From Alphaproteobacteria bacterium (GTDB lineage Bacteria > Pseudomonadota > Alphaproteobacteria > Paracaedibacterales > VGCI01), in NCBI GenBank assembly GCA_016870095.1, contig VGCI01000009.1, positions 5,518 to 69,517 on the forward strand: DNA of 64,000 nucleotides. Direction: 5' to 3'. Position numbers and translations under genes: made by a program. The notes beneath the pieces were generated by a model. The model saw only the letters and a program-made list of their open reading frames with translations. It was not told the origin of the DNA and searched no databases. Shown in pieces: positions 11,029 through 20,722 of the stretch; position 1 is the first letter of the stretch; each line of letters starts with the position of its first letter.

Positions 11029-11537
11029 ACCTGCGCTTTTTTAGCGCATACTGCCAATACTAGATAATTTTTTATTATAATCAAACATTTAACAATAAGG
11101 CTTCATCTTTATAATTATAATTTAATTGATAATTAAAATTAAATTATTGATATTAGTTTCTCTATAAGATATTCCATTTTATGTAAATAAGTAAAAATTT
11201 TATTAGCTTATTTCTTAATTATTATGCCATTTAAGGCTTTGGATCATCTATTAAAAATAGGGAGATTTATATGAATAAAGTTAATTATGAATCAAAAATA
11301 AACCAAATGTTTGCTCCAATTTTTATTGGTAAATAATACTAGGAATAGTTCATTAAAATAACTTAGAAGATTTTTCCGAAAAACAAATAATTATATTGTT
11401 TTATTGTCATGACTGCAATACCGATACTAAATTTTTTTTAGTCTTAGACGATAATATTTTTTGCTAAACATTAAGAATTCGTTATTATTTTTAAATTAAT
11501 ATTGTTTTGTATATTTATTAATAAGAGGAATTTCTAA

Positions 11538-12455
11538 GTGGATTTTAATTTAGAGCATCTCCGATCTTTTATTATTGTCGCCCGCACAGGTAATCTGAGT
11601 TCAGCAGCGAAAGAGCTTGGAACTACACAACCAAATCTTGGTCGTCAAATGACTGCGCTAAGCAAAGAAGTTAATATAACTCTATTTTCTCGTCATTCAC
11701 GCGGAATAACACTAACAGAACAAGGGGAGGAATTTCTCAAAGTATGTGAAGAGATTATTGGTGATTTTGTTCAAAAAACAGATATTATTCGAGAAAAAAC
11801 ATCGGAACCGCAGGGAACCCTTCGGATAATGATGGGAGTAGGTGCATCACAAATAATCTTAGACCACCTTTCTCCCTTTATTCATAAGTTTCCAAAACTT
11901 TGTTTTAGATTTTCATCCATAACCGACATTTTTCAATTTAAAATCGGAGATGCTGATATTGGTATTATGCCGGTATCATCATCTGACCCAGACTTAATTC
12001 AACACCATCTATACGATATGGATTTAAGAATTTATGCTTCTCCACATTATCTTGCCAAACACTCTCTGCCTAAGACACTTGAGGATTTATACGAGCATAA
12101 TATGGTTGTTTATATTGGCGACACGCCAGAAATCACAAAATCTCTCTCCCTTCACTTAACTGGCAACCCTTCTAGAGATTCTAAATACAAAAACCTTATT
12201 GAAGTTAATAATGGATTATCTCTACGTAAAACTTTATTAAATGGTTTAAGGATTGGAAGTTTTTGGTATGAGGAGGAACTTTTAAAACAAGGAGTTCTTG
12301 TAGATGTATTTCCAAACATGCCAAGTCGCAGTATTCCTCATTATTATACGTATCATCGCCGTTTAGAAAACTCTCCAAAAGTACATGTCTTTCATGAATT
12401 TATGAAGGAAATTGTCAAACCATTCCAAATGATAGCCCCTGCTAATAAAAAGTAA
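11538..12455 (+). CDS. LysR-family transcriptional regulator
   Basis: N-terminal LysR HTH (LRSFIIVARTGNLSSAAKELGTTQPNLGRQMTALSKEV..LFSRHSRGITLTEQG); GTG start with AAGAGG RBS; C-terminal PKVHVFHEFM as in the CrgA/GcvA-like subgroup. Confidence 0.93.
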   Translation: MDFNLEHLRSFIIVARTGNLSSAAKELGTTQPNLGRQMTALSKEVNITLFSRHSRGITLTEQGEEFLKVCEEIIGDFVQKTDIIREKTSEPQGTLRIMMGVGASQIILDHLSPFIHKFPKLCFRFSSITDIFQFKIGDADIGIMPVSSSDPDLIQHHLYDMDLRIYASPHYLAKHSLPKTLEDLYEHNMVVYIGDTPEITKSLSLHLTGNPSRDSKYKNLIEVNNGLSLRKTLLNGLRIGSFWYEEELLKQGVLVDVFPNMPSRSIPHYYTYHRRLENSPKVHVFHEFMKEIVKPFQMIAPANKK

Positions 12456-12553
12456 TATTACAAAAATTTTTATGTACTTCATATTTGAGATAAAAAACAA
12501 GTATATTAAAATTTAACACAATAAAAAGTGACAAATTTATTCTCTGTATTCTA

Positions 12554-12626
12554 GATAGAAAATTATGGAACACATTTTGCTTTTGCGAGCATTTCCGGAA
12601 GAATAGAAATTTCCATTATTTTTGCT
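12554..12626. repeat. 73-bp exact direct repeat, copy 2 (includes the stop codon of ABC binding protein 3)
   Basis: Identical to 10956..11028. Confidence 0.97.
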
Positions 12627-13540
12627 GACCGCGTATTAATGACCAAATCAAGTTGATGATTCACTTCTATGGGTATATCTGAAGCTTTTTCTCCTTTAAG
12701 TATTCTGGCAACTAACTGACCAGCCTTATAACCCATAGCTTTATGAGACGGTGCATGAACAGCCAAAACACCTCTTTCAGCTGAATCATAATCCGGTGTA
12801 AAAATAGGTATTTTATTTGTACGCCCTAAGGCCACAATTCCATCAATTGAGGCCATCGCCGTATTATCAAGAGGGATAAAAATAGCATCTGCTTTCCCAA
12901 TTAAACTGGTAGCTGCCATAAGAGTGTCTGCTGTTCTTGCGGTTGTTGCATAAACTAAAGAATACCCCATTTCAGGGGCAAGCTTTGCTAACTTTTCTAC
13001 AGCTTTAGAAGAATTAGCTTCTCCCGGATTATAGAGAACACCGATAGTTTTAACAAAAGGGGCGATTTTTTGAATGAGCTCCAATTGAGGTCTCAAGGGC
13101 ATTCCGTCACTCACACCTGTTACATTTTCTTTGCCCTTATCAAGAGATGACACAAGACGTGATTCTAAAGAATCAGTTACTGCCGTAAAAACCACAGGAA
13201 CATTATGTTTGGCCATCGGGCGAATGAGACTTTGCGCTGAAGGGGTGGAAATACCAATTGCCACCGCTGGCTTCTGACTAACAAAGCCATCAGCAATTTG
13301 ACTTGCCGTCGCAATGTTACCTTGAGCATTTTGATATAAGAGTCTCATTGTCTTACCGTCCTCAAAGCCTGAATCATTCAAGGCCTTGATGATACCTTCA
13401 CGTTCTTTCGTTAAGGCATCATGATCAACAATTTGCGTAATCACAACAAGGGGCAATTGAGAAGATTGGGGCACATCATCTGCCCAAATACTTCCCATTA
13501 TCAATAAGAAACAGAGAATAAAAAAATGATGAAAGTTCAT
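12563..13540 (-). CDS. ABC transporter substrate-binding protein 3 (ABC_sub_bind/TrpX-like, aromatic amino acid type)
   Basis: Signal peptide; ITQIVDHDAL, QNAQGN, PVVFTAVTD, NVTGVSD, IGVLYNPGEANS, IPLDNT motifs; overlaps upstream paralog by ATGA. Confidence 0.88.
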   Translation of the reverse strand: MNFHHFFILCFLLIMGSIWADDVPQSSQLPLVVITQIVDHDALTKEREGIIKALNDSGFEDGKTMRLLYQNAQGNIATASQIADGFVSQKPAVAIGISTPSAQSLIRPMAKHNVPVVFTAVTDSLESRLVSSLDKGKENVTGVSDGMPLRPQLELIQKIAPFVKTIGVLYNPGEANSSKAVEKLAKLAPEMGYSLVYATTARTADTLMAATSLIGKADAIFIPLDNTAMASIDGIVALGRTNKIPIFTPDYDSAERGVLAVHAPSHKAMGYKAGQLVARILKGEKASDIPIEVNHQLDLVINTRSAKIMEISILPEMLAKAKCVP

Positions 13541-14508
13541 GCCCCGCCTCCGCTTTGTTCTGAAAGCTTTTTCTTCAAAGATTCTGGGACTTTAATTCCA
13601 AGAGATTCAGCAATCTTATTATTTAAATCAACGTTTACATTTGCGGGATATTCTATTTGCAAATCAGAAGCCTTTGCTTCACCTCGCAAAATTTTAGCAA
13701 TCATACGGCCTGTTTGACGGCCAATTTCATATTGATCTGCACCCAAAAGTGCTAAGGCGCCACTTTCTATAAGATTACCATCACTTGCAAAAAGCGGGAT
13801 TTTATTGTCACGACAAATTTGCCCAATGCCATTAATAGCTGCTAATGCTGTATTATCATTGTTGATGAAAATTGCATCAACTTTACCAATCAGACTTTGA
13901 GCCGCACTCGTCACTTCACTTGTTTTCGAAGCTGCTGCAGGTACCAATTCTAGCCCTTTCTTCTTACTATCATCTTGCATTTGGGTCAGAAGACTCGCTG
14001 AATTTGCTTCCCCGGGGTTGTAAACAACGCCGATTTTTTGGGCGTTAGGTAAAATTTTCATGATGACATCAAATTGATCTTTGGGGGGAACAAAGTTTGA
14101 AACTCCTGTAACATTTCCCATTATTTTTGCCCCTTTTGGATCTGTCACAGAAGCAAAAACCACAGGTATTTTTCTGTCTCGCGATGCACTCAAAGCAGCT
14201 TGGGCAGCCGTTGTCCCAATCCCAATAAGTAAATGAACTTCTTGCCCTACAAATTTCTGGGCAACTTGGGTAGCAAGCGCCGGGTTTCCTTGTGCAGAAT
14301 CCCAAGACCATTGTAAATTTTCTTTAAAACCAAGTTGGGTTAATTCATCACGAATTCCTTTGCACGTTGCATCTAGCGCCGGATGTTCAATGACCTGAAT
14401 AACACCAATTTTATAAAGGGTGGTGGGAAGAGATGACGTTGCACCAAAAGTCATTGCAATTGGTAGTATTAAAGCAATAATCGTTTTTATAACTGTTCTA
14501 AAAGCCAT
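13537..14508 (-). CDS. ABC transporter substrate-binding protein 2 (ABC_sub_bind/TrpX-like)
   Basis: IQVIEHPALD, SAQGN, PVVFASVTDP, NVTGVS, IGVVYNPGEANS, INNDNT motifs. Confidence 0.88.
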   Translation of the reverse strand: MAFRTVIKTIIALILPIAMTFGATSSLPTTLYKIGVIQVIEHPALDATCKGIRDELTQLGFKENLQWSWDSAQGNPALATQVAQKFVGQEVHLLIGIGTTAAQAALSASRDRKIPVVFASVTDPKGAKIMGNVTGVSNFVPPKDQFDVIMKILPNAQKIGVVYNPGEANSASLLTQMQDDSKKKGLELVPAAASKTSEVTSAAQSLIGKVDAIFINNDNTALAAINGIGQICRDNKIPLFASDGNLIESGALALLGADQYEIGRQTGRMIAKILRGEAKASDLQIEYPANVNVDLNNKIAESLGIKVPESLKKKLSEQSGGGA

Positions 14509-14605
14509 AATAGGGACTCCATTTTAAAATTCGTTTTTCCATTATTTCGTTCATTCTGATTGGACAAATCATAAGTGTTATGATGGGGTTCCATAATTTT
14601 CTCTC

Positions 14606-15592
14606 CTATTTCTTAATAACAAACTTTGCACGTTTTACAGTAGCTTCGGGAAATATAATCTTTAGTTCTTCTGCTGTATCTTGGTTTAAACTCACCTCAA
14701 TTTCCGCAGGCGTTTCTACGGATAATGTTTGAAGATTTACCCCTTTCAAGATTTTAGCCACCATCCTGCCGGTTTGTCGTCCCAACCCATATTGACAATG
14801 AGCGATGGTTGCAAGACATCCTTGTCTAACGGACTCAGGATCTGAAGAAATAATGGGAATAGTATTGATTTGTGCTATTTTTAAAAGAGACTCAAGCGCC
14901 GCAACAATGGTGTTATCATTGGGAATATATATAACATCAACCTTTCCAATTAACGATCTCGCAGCAGCCGTCACCTCTACCATATTAGAAGCCGTTGCGC
15001 GAACGAGAGTCATCCCCTTTTTCTCTATGTTTTGTTCAAAAATTTTGAGAACAGCAAGAGAATTGGACTCTCCCGGATTATATATTGTTCCCACTCTCTT
15101 CGCATTGGGTAATATATCTTGTAAAAGAGACACCTGTTCCGCCACAGGAGGTAAGTCTGATACCCCTGTAATTCCCTGACCCGCCTTATCCATACTCGGC
15201 ACTAACTTTGCCCCTATCGGATCATTGACGGCTGCAAAAACCACGGGAATGTTATGATTTCGAGCCACTGCATAGATTGTTTGAGTTGAAGGCGTTGTAA
15301 TGGGAACAATAATTGTGGGGTTTTGACTCACAAATTTTTGGGCAATCTGTGTTGCCGTTGCGATATTTCCGTGGGCATTTTCAAACAAAAAATCACAGTC
15401 AATTTTTTGTATCGCCAACTCATCTTCAATTCCATTACGTATGAGATTCAAAGAAGGATGGGGCACAATTTGCGTAATAGCAACGAGGGGCTTTTTCCCC
15501 GGGGATGAATTTGTTCCTGCAGCACATGATATTGCTACTGAAACGAGAATAACACTACGCTGAATGATATTTTTAAAACGATAACTTTTCAT
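14606..15592 (-). CDS. ABC transporter substrate-binding protein 1 (ABC_sub_bind/TrpX-like)
   Basis: ITQIVPHPSL, ENAHGN, PVVFAAVNDP, ITGVSD, VGTIYNPGESNS, IPNDNT motifs; AAGGA RBS. Confidence 0.88.
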   Translation of the reverse strand: MKSYRFKNIIQRSVILVSVAISCAAGTNSSPGKKPLVAITQIVPHPSLNLIRNGIEDELAIQKIDCDFLFENAHGNIATATQIAQKFVSQNPTIIVPITTPSTQTIYAVARNHNIPVVFAAVNDPIGAKLVPSMDKAGQGITGVSDLPPVAEQVSLLQDILPNAKRVGTIYNPGESNSLAVLKIFEQNIEKKGMTLVRATASNMVEVTAAARSLIGKVDVIYIPNDNTIVAALESLLKIAQINTIPIISSDPESVRQGCLATIAHCQYGLGRQTGRMVAKILKGVNLQTLSVETPAEIEVSLNQDTAEELKIIFPEATVKRAKFVIKK

Positions 15593-15612
15593 AATCTTTC
15601 CTTACATTTTTA

Positions 15613-15654
15613 AAACAAAACATTAACAACCTATAAATCACCGATGGTGATAGG
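15613..15654 (-). promoter_or_regulatory. Attenuator-like hairpin plus U-rich tract in the SBP operon leader
   Basis: Minus strand CCTATCACC-ATC-GGTGAT(TT)ATAGG followed by TTGTTAATGTTTTGTTTT; the leader stop codon lies in the 3' arm; TTGACA at 15761-15756 upstream. Confidence 0.5.
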
Positions 15655-15694
15655 CCCGCCAATGTCCGTAATAAAGATGTAAAGACTGAATCAC
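15638..15694 (-). CDS. Putative leader peptide MIQSLHLYYGHWRAYHHR (18 aa), not in ORF track
   Basis: AAAGGAA RBS, 6 T, GTG start at 15694, TGA at 15640-15638; 3 Tyr, 1 Trp, 4 His codons; ends 45 nt upstream of the SBP operon. Confidence 0.6.
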   Translation of the reverse strand: MIQSLHLYYGHWRAYHHR

Positions 15695-15891
15695 AAAAAA
15701 TTCCTTTGAACAAAACCAAGTTTACACCATATTATTTGGTGAAGGTAAGTCATAATGTCAAGAAAATATTTACCAATATCCCGCAGCGCCTTAATTTTAG
15801 CGAAACAGCTCTTGACTAGATTCATCTCGACAACGTGTTTATACTTGAGTCTTGCTATTTCCCATAGGTCATAGTAAAAACCAAAGGTATT

Positions 15892-15966
<75 letters not shown>

Positions 15967-18789
15967 TTACTCCCTAGCAACCGTTTTCAGCTCTTGCGTT
16001 TCCTCTGGCATTGTATCTATGACTTCAGCTTCAGAGATAGGGCTTTCATCTTCTGAACCTGCCTCACCCTCGGTAGTATCTTCCGCATCATCATGGTCAC
16101 CCAAAGGAATGCGGCTTACAGCCACGACTTTTTCTTCCTCGCCCACACGGAAAATGGTCACCCCTTGGGTCCGTCGTCCGGCTATGCGGATGTCGTGCAC
16201 AGGGCAACGAATCAATTGTCCCCCATCTGTTACCAACATAATTTGATCTGTTGGATCAACAGGGAATGAACCAACAACACCACCATTGCGTTCATTGACA
16301 ATGATACTGTCAACACCCATGCCTCCGCGACCCGTTGTGCGGTAACCATAAGAGGAGCTTCTCTTACCAAAACCTTTTTCCGTAATCGTCAAAATAAATT
16401 GTTCGCTGCCCGCAAGCTCTAGAATGCGTTCTGGGGATAGTTTCACAGCCTCTGAAGACCCGTCTTCATCATCCAAACTATCTGATCCCAAAGCATCTTC
16501 GCCTTCCAGTCCTCCTTCAAGAGCCTGACGAGCTTTAGCAGCTTGGCGCAAATAAGCATCACGTTCTTCAGTTGAAATAACCATTTGACCCAATATACCC
16601 ATGGAGATGACTTCATCGTCTTTAGATAAGCGAATACCCCGGACACCATTGGAGTCCCGACCGACGAAGATACGAATATCTGTCATATGGAAGCGTATAC
16701 ATTTGCCTTTTTGAGTGGATAACAATACATCGTCATTTTCTGTACATGTTTGCACGGCAATTAAATTCTCGCCCTCATCCAACTTCATGGCAATTTTACC
16801 ATTTGCTTTAATATTTAAAAAATCGCTTAAGCGGTTGCGTCGAACATTCCCCTTAGAAGTCGCAAACATCACAAACATCTGATCCCACAGATTCTCCTCT
16901 TCCGGTAGGACCATTACTGTCGAAATGGTTTCTCCCTCCGACAAAGGCAGAAGGTTAATCATCGGGCGGCCTCGCGCTTGAGGCGTGGCCAATGGCAGAC
17001 GGTAGGCTTTCAACTGATAAACGCGTCCAATAGACGTAAAGAACAAAACAGGGCTATGAGTATTGGCAACAAAAACATCACTCACAATATCTTCATCACG
17101 GGTGGACATTCCTGATCGTCCCTTACCGCCACGACGTTGTGCTCTATAGGTAGACAATGGCACACGTTTGATGTAGCCATTCAAGCTTACTGTCACAACC
17201 ATGTCTTCCCGCTGAATGAGGTCTTCCATATCAACATCGGAACCCCCTTCTTCAATCGTGGTCCGTCGCGGTGTCGCGAACTGTTGTTTCATCTCAATCA
17301 GCTCGTTACGCAAGATATCCATAACCAACTGGCGAGACGCCAAAATGCGCAAATATTCAGCAATCATATCGGCAAGTTCTTGCAAATCTGCCGCTATTTT
17401 ATCCCGTTCCAACCCTGTCAAACGGTGAAGACGTAAATCCAAGATGGCTTGAGCTTGCGCATCGGAAAGTCGGTACGTATTCCCCACCACTTCTCGATCG
17501 GGTTCAACTAAAGAAATAAGAGCTGCTACGGATTCTGATGGCCAATCTTGTGCCATTAACTGTGCTTTAGCAACTTGCCGATCAGCAGCGGCACGAATCA
17601 AGGCAATGATTGGATCAATATTAGCAACCGCAATGGCTAAGCCTACAAAGAGGTGGGCTTTTTCTCGGGCCCGAGCCAGCTCATACCGCGTGCGACGCAA
17701 AATAACTTCCTCACGAAATTCGACGAAAGCTTCCAGAATTCTTTTAAGAGGCAATTGCTCGGGTCGACCATGATTAAGAGCCAACATATTGATACCAAAA
17801 GATGTTTGTAAAGCCGTATACCGGTACAATTGATTTAAAACAACATCAGGAACAGCATCTCGCTTTAACTCAATAACAACCCGCATTCCTTGACGATCGG
17901 ACTCATCTCGCAAATCAGAAATGCCTTCAATAATTTTTTCTTTGACCGTTTCGGCGATGCGCTCGATCATGCGTGATTTGTTAACTTGATAAGGAATTTC
18001 ATCAATGATAATGGCTTCCCGATCTCCCCGAAGCGTCTCAAAATGTGTTTTTCCGCGAATGACGATAGAACCACGTCCCGTACGATAGGCTTCAAAAATT
18101 CCCCCGCGCCCCATAATTGACGCCCCCGTTGGGAAATCAGGTCCGGGGACTATGGCGATGAGTTCCTCAACTGTAATGTCAGGATTATCAATAAGCGCAC
18201 AACACGCCTCTAGGACTTCCCCTAAATTGTGGGTGGGTATATTGGTTGCCATACCGACCGCAATTCCACTCCCCCCATTAACTAATATGTTCGGAAAACG
18301 GGCTGGCAGAACTTTGGGCTCAACCATGGAATCATCATAATTGGGCTGAAAATCAACGGTATCTTTATCAATGTCTTCGAGAAGGGCATGAGAGGGTTTA
18401 CTCAGCCTTGCTTCCGTATAACGGGAGGCAGCAGCAGGGTCGCCATCCATTGATCCAAAGTTTCCCTGTCCATCGATCAATGTCAGTCTTAAAGAAAAAT
18501 CTTGAGCAAGACGAACCATAGCATCATAAATTGCCATATCACCATGAGGGTGATATTTACCCATAACATCACCCACTGTTCGTGCAGATTTACGATAGGG
18601 CCGATTATATTCGTTTCCGGCTTCCTTCATCGCATACAATATGCGTCTATGAACCGGCTTCAACCCATCTCGCACGTCAGGCAATGCACGAGACACAATA
18701 ACGCTCATTGCATAATCTAAATAGGAGCGTTTCATCTCCTCTTCGATAGCAATAGGCTTAATATCTGATGGCTGAAGGGACGTTGTCAT
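15967..18789 (-). CDS. gyrA: DNA gyrase subunit A
   Basis: [29 protein letters not shown] active site, GyrA-box QRRGGKG, acidic C-tail. Confidence 0.97.
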   Translation of the reverse strand: MTTSLQPSDIKPIAIEEEMKRSYLDYAMSVIVSRALPDVRDGLKPVHRRILYAMKEAGNEYNRPYRKSARTVGDVMGKYHPHGDMAIYDAMVRLAQDFSLRLTLIDGQGNFGSMDGDPAAASRYTEARLSKPSHALLEDIDKDTVDFQPNYDDSMVEPKVLPARFPNILVNGGSGIAVGMATNIPTHNLGEVLEACCALIDNPDITVEELIAIVPGPDFPTGASIMGRGGIFEAYRTGRGSIVIRGKTHFETLRGDREAIIIDEIPYQVNKSRMIERIAETVKEKIIEGISDLRDESDRQGMRVVIELKRDAVPDVVLNQLYRYTALQTSFGINMLALNHGRPEQLPLKRILEAFVEFREEVILRRTRYELARAREKAHLFVGLAIAVANIDPIIALIRAAADRQVAKAQLMAQDWPSESVAALISLVEPDREVVGNTYRLSDAQAQAILDLRLHRLTGLERDKIAADLQELADMIAEYLRILASRQLVMDILRNELIEMKQQFATPRRTTIEEGGSDVDMEDLIQREDMVVTVSLNGYIKRVPLSTYRAQRRGGKGRSGMSTRDEDIVSDVFVANTHSPVLFFTSIGRVYQLKAYRLPLATPQARGRPMINLLPLSEGETISTVMVLPEEENLWDQMFVMFATSKGNVRRNRLSDFLNIKANGKIAMKLDEGENLIAVQTCTENDDVLLSTQKGKCIRFHMTDIRIFVGRDSNGVRGIRLSKDDEVISMGILGQMVISTEERDAYLRQAAKARQALEGGLEGEDALGSDSLDDEDGSSEAVKLSPERILELAGSEQFILTITEKGFGKRSSSYGYRTTGRGGMGVDSIIVNERNGGVVGSFPVDPTDQIMLVTDGGQLIRCPVHDIRIAGRRTQGVTIFRVGEEEKVVAVSRIPLGDHDDAEDTTEGEAGSEDESPISEAEVIDTMPEETQELKTVARE

Positions 18790-18840
18790 CTTGCTTCTTT
18801 CCTCTTAAAAGTCTTCAAAAAAAATTACGATATCACTTCG

Positions 18841-19335
18841 TTAAAAAGGCACTTCATCATTCAAAGGGGCGCCGCTACCCAGAGGCGCCGAACTCAAACC
18901 CGCCCCAAAACCCCCACTGTTTCCCCCAGATGGAAAAGAGTCGTGTTCATAGCTACCTCCTTGATCTTCAACACCCCCACTTCCGCGAGTATCAAGCATG
19001 GTTAGTTCACCGCGGAATTTGCCAAGAACAACTTCCGTTGTATACTTTTCCTGCCCTTGTTGGTCTGTCCATTTGCGAGTCTGCAACTGTCCTTCTAGAT
19101 AAACTTTAGAGCCTTTTTTAAGAAATTTTTCTGAGACTTCTGCCAATTTATCATTGAAAACGACCACACGGTGCCATTCTGTGCGATCCCGCCGTTCACC
19201 TGATGCTTTATCTTTCCAAGATTCACTCGTTGCAACAGATAATGTTACAATTTTACCGCCCTCAGGGCTATTGCGCACTTCAGGATCCCGTCCCAAATTT
19301 CCGACCAAAATAACTTTATTTACCGATCCCGCCAT
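18841..19335 (-). CDS. ssb: Single-stranded DNA-binding protein
   Basis: [36 protein letters not shown], Gly-rich linker, C-terminal DEVPF. Confidence 0.98.
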   Translation of the reverse strand: MAGSVNKVILVGNLGRDPEVRNSPEGGKIVTLSVATSESWKDKASGERRDRTEWHRVVVFNDKLAEVSEKFLKKGSKVYLEGQLQTRKWTDQQGQEKYTTEVVLGKFRGELTMLDTRGSGGVEDQGGSYEHDSFPSGGNSGGFGAGLSSAPLGSGAPLNDEVPF

Positions 19336-19656
19336 ATTCGTTTACTCCTTACCAAAATGTCATTTCTTTAGAGTTTACAACCTTAACTCTGGGGCTTTAA
19401 ACTGGTCCCAATCCTTTGTTCTTTTTGCTTTCAAGAGAAGAAGGTCACTCTACCTTCTTTTATACGAAACTCTGATGCTCAACGCCATCTTTTGTTTTAT
19501 ATAAAGACTGAATATTTTGAAAAAGCTTAGTTTTTTACAACTTAGTTAATAATTTAAGTAAAGAAAGCTTGCATAGGGTTAAAATTGCTTTTTTATAGAT
19601 TGTCTTGTAATATTCTACATATAAAAAAATTTTTATATGAATTGATAGTTAACCAC

Positions 19657-20704
19657 ATGAAAAAAAATAGTATTTTTACTAATTTTATCGGCTTTCATTC
19701 TCTTAAACATGCACCCACTTTTCGCTATAGAACAACCTCAATCCTCCTCACAGACTTCATCCGCCGCTCTAAAATTTCGAATCACGCCTCAAGGTGAGAT
19801 TGAAGATGCACAAGGAAGTGATTTAATAGAACGCTTTAAAGACGCGGTAAAAAATGAGGTCAAAATATGGGAAAATAAAAAAAGTAAGTATCTTACCTTG
19901 TTAAATAGTTATGAAGCAAAACTTAGAGACAAAGCTACCCTTTCAGATTCAGAATGTTATTTAATCGAAATAGATTTGATCATTCTAAAGCGAAAAATTA
20001 AAATTTGTGAAAAAAACAAATTTTGTGTTACCGAAAGGGAAAGTTTACTACCCCAAATATTAAAGGAGATTCTTACTACTAAAATGCCCTTCCATCCCAA
20101 GATGGACGTTACAACCAGGGGCGGCGTGTGGGAATTAGGACGCAATGAGTTGACGCATGACAGTCCGGACAATTATTGTTCACTCAACTGGAAATTATTA
20201 GATACAGCTAACATTCGCCATCTTGATATTATTGATTTTTCTGATCTCCTCAACAGTCAAGAAAAGTTTCTAATTTACAAGGAAAATAAGTATTTCATTC
20301 GTCATAATATACCCCAGTTAAGCAAAAATCTTAGAGAGAAATATTTCATAGATTACGAAGAACATCTGCCAATAGCTTCCTTTCAAAGGATTCAAAAAAA
20401 ACTTCGACAATTAGAAACATTACTTGGTAGCCTTTCTGATCCCTTAGTAACTTCCCATTCAGCTCCGGATAATGGAGGAGTGAATATTAGACACATTACT
20501 TCAAATTTTGGATCAGCCTCAAAAGAGAGAATTATGAAAGAAATTGAAAGATTAGAAAAAAAAGCCCATACGGTAACAATCCCTCTCATGGCTGTGACTT
20601 ACTGGATGGGCGAAGTTATGTCCGCATTTATGGGCGAAATTGATGTTCATCGACAAGGATTGTCTCAATCTACGACCTCTAACGTTTTCAGTGACAATAG
20701 CTAA
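19657..20704 (+). pseudogene. Secreted hypothetical protein A, +1 frameshift in the A8 run after the start codon (ORF track gives 19709..20704)
   Basis: ATG 19657 followed by 8 A; removing one A gives MKKIVFLLILSAFILLNMHPLFA-IE (signal peptide) in frame with 19709; paralogous to the next gene. Confidence 0.7.
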
Positions 20705-20722
20705 CTTAGAAAAGGAATAACA

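Noticed and set aside
11117-11147. 10-bp inverted repeat ATAATTTAAT-N11-ATTAAATTAT (possible LysR site)
   Set aside because: Composed only of A/T in an extremely AT-rich tract; expected by chance.
15691-15753. Alternative leader ORF MTYLHQIIWCKLGFVQRNFL
   Set aside because: Its ATG is 2 nt after the TTGACA -35 box and has no RBS; the GTG ORF at 15694 has a proper RBS and clustered control codons.
19418-19432. GTTC-N7-TTTC upstream of ssb as an SOS box
   Set aside because: One half-site mismatch in T-rich DNA, and no matching box at ruvA or tsaC-uvrA.
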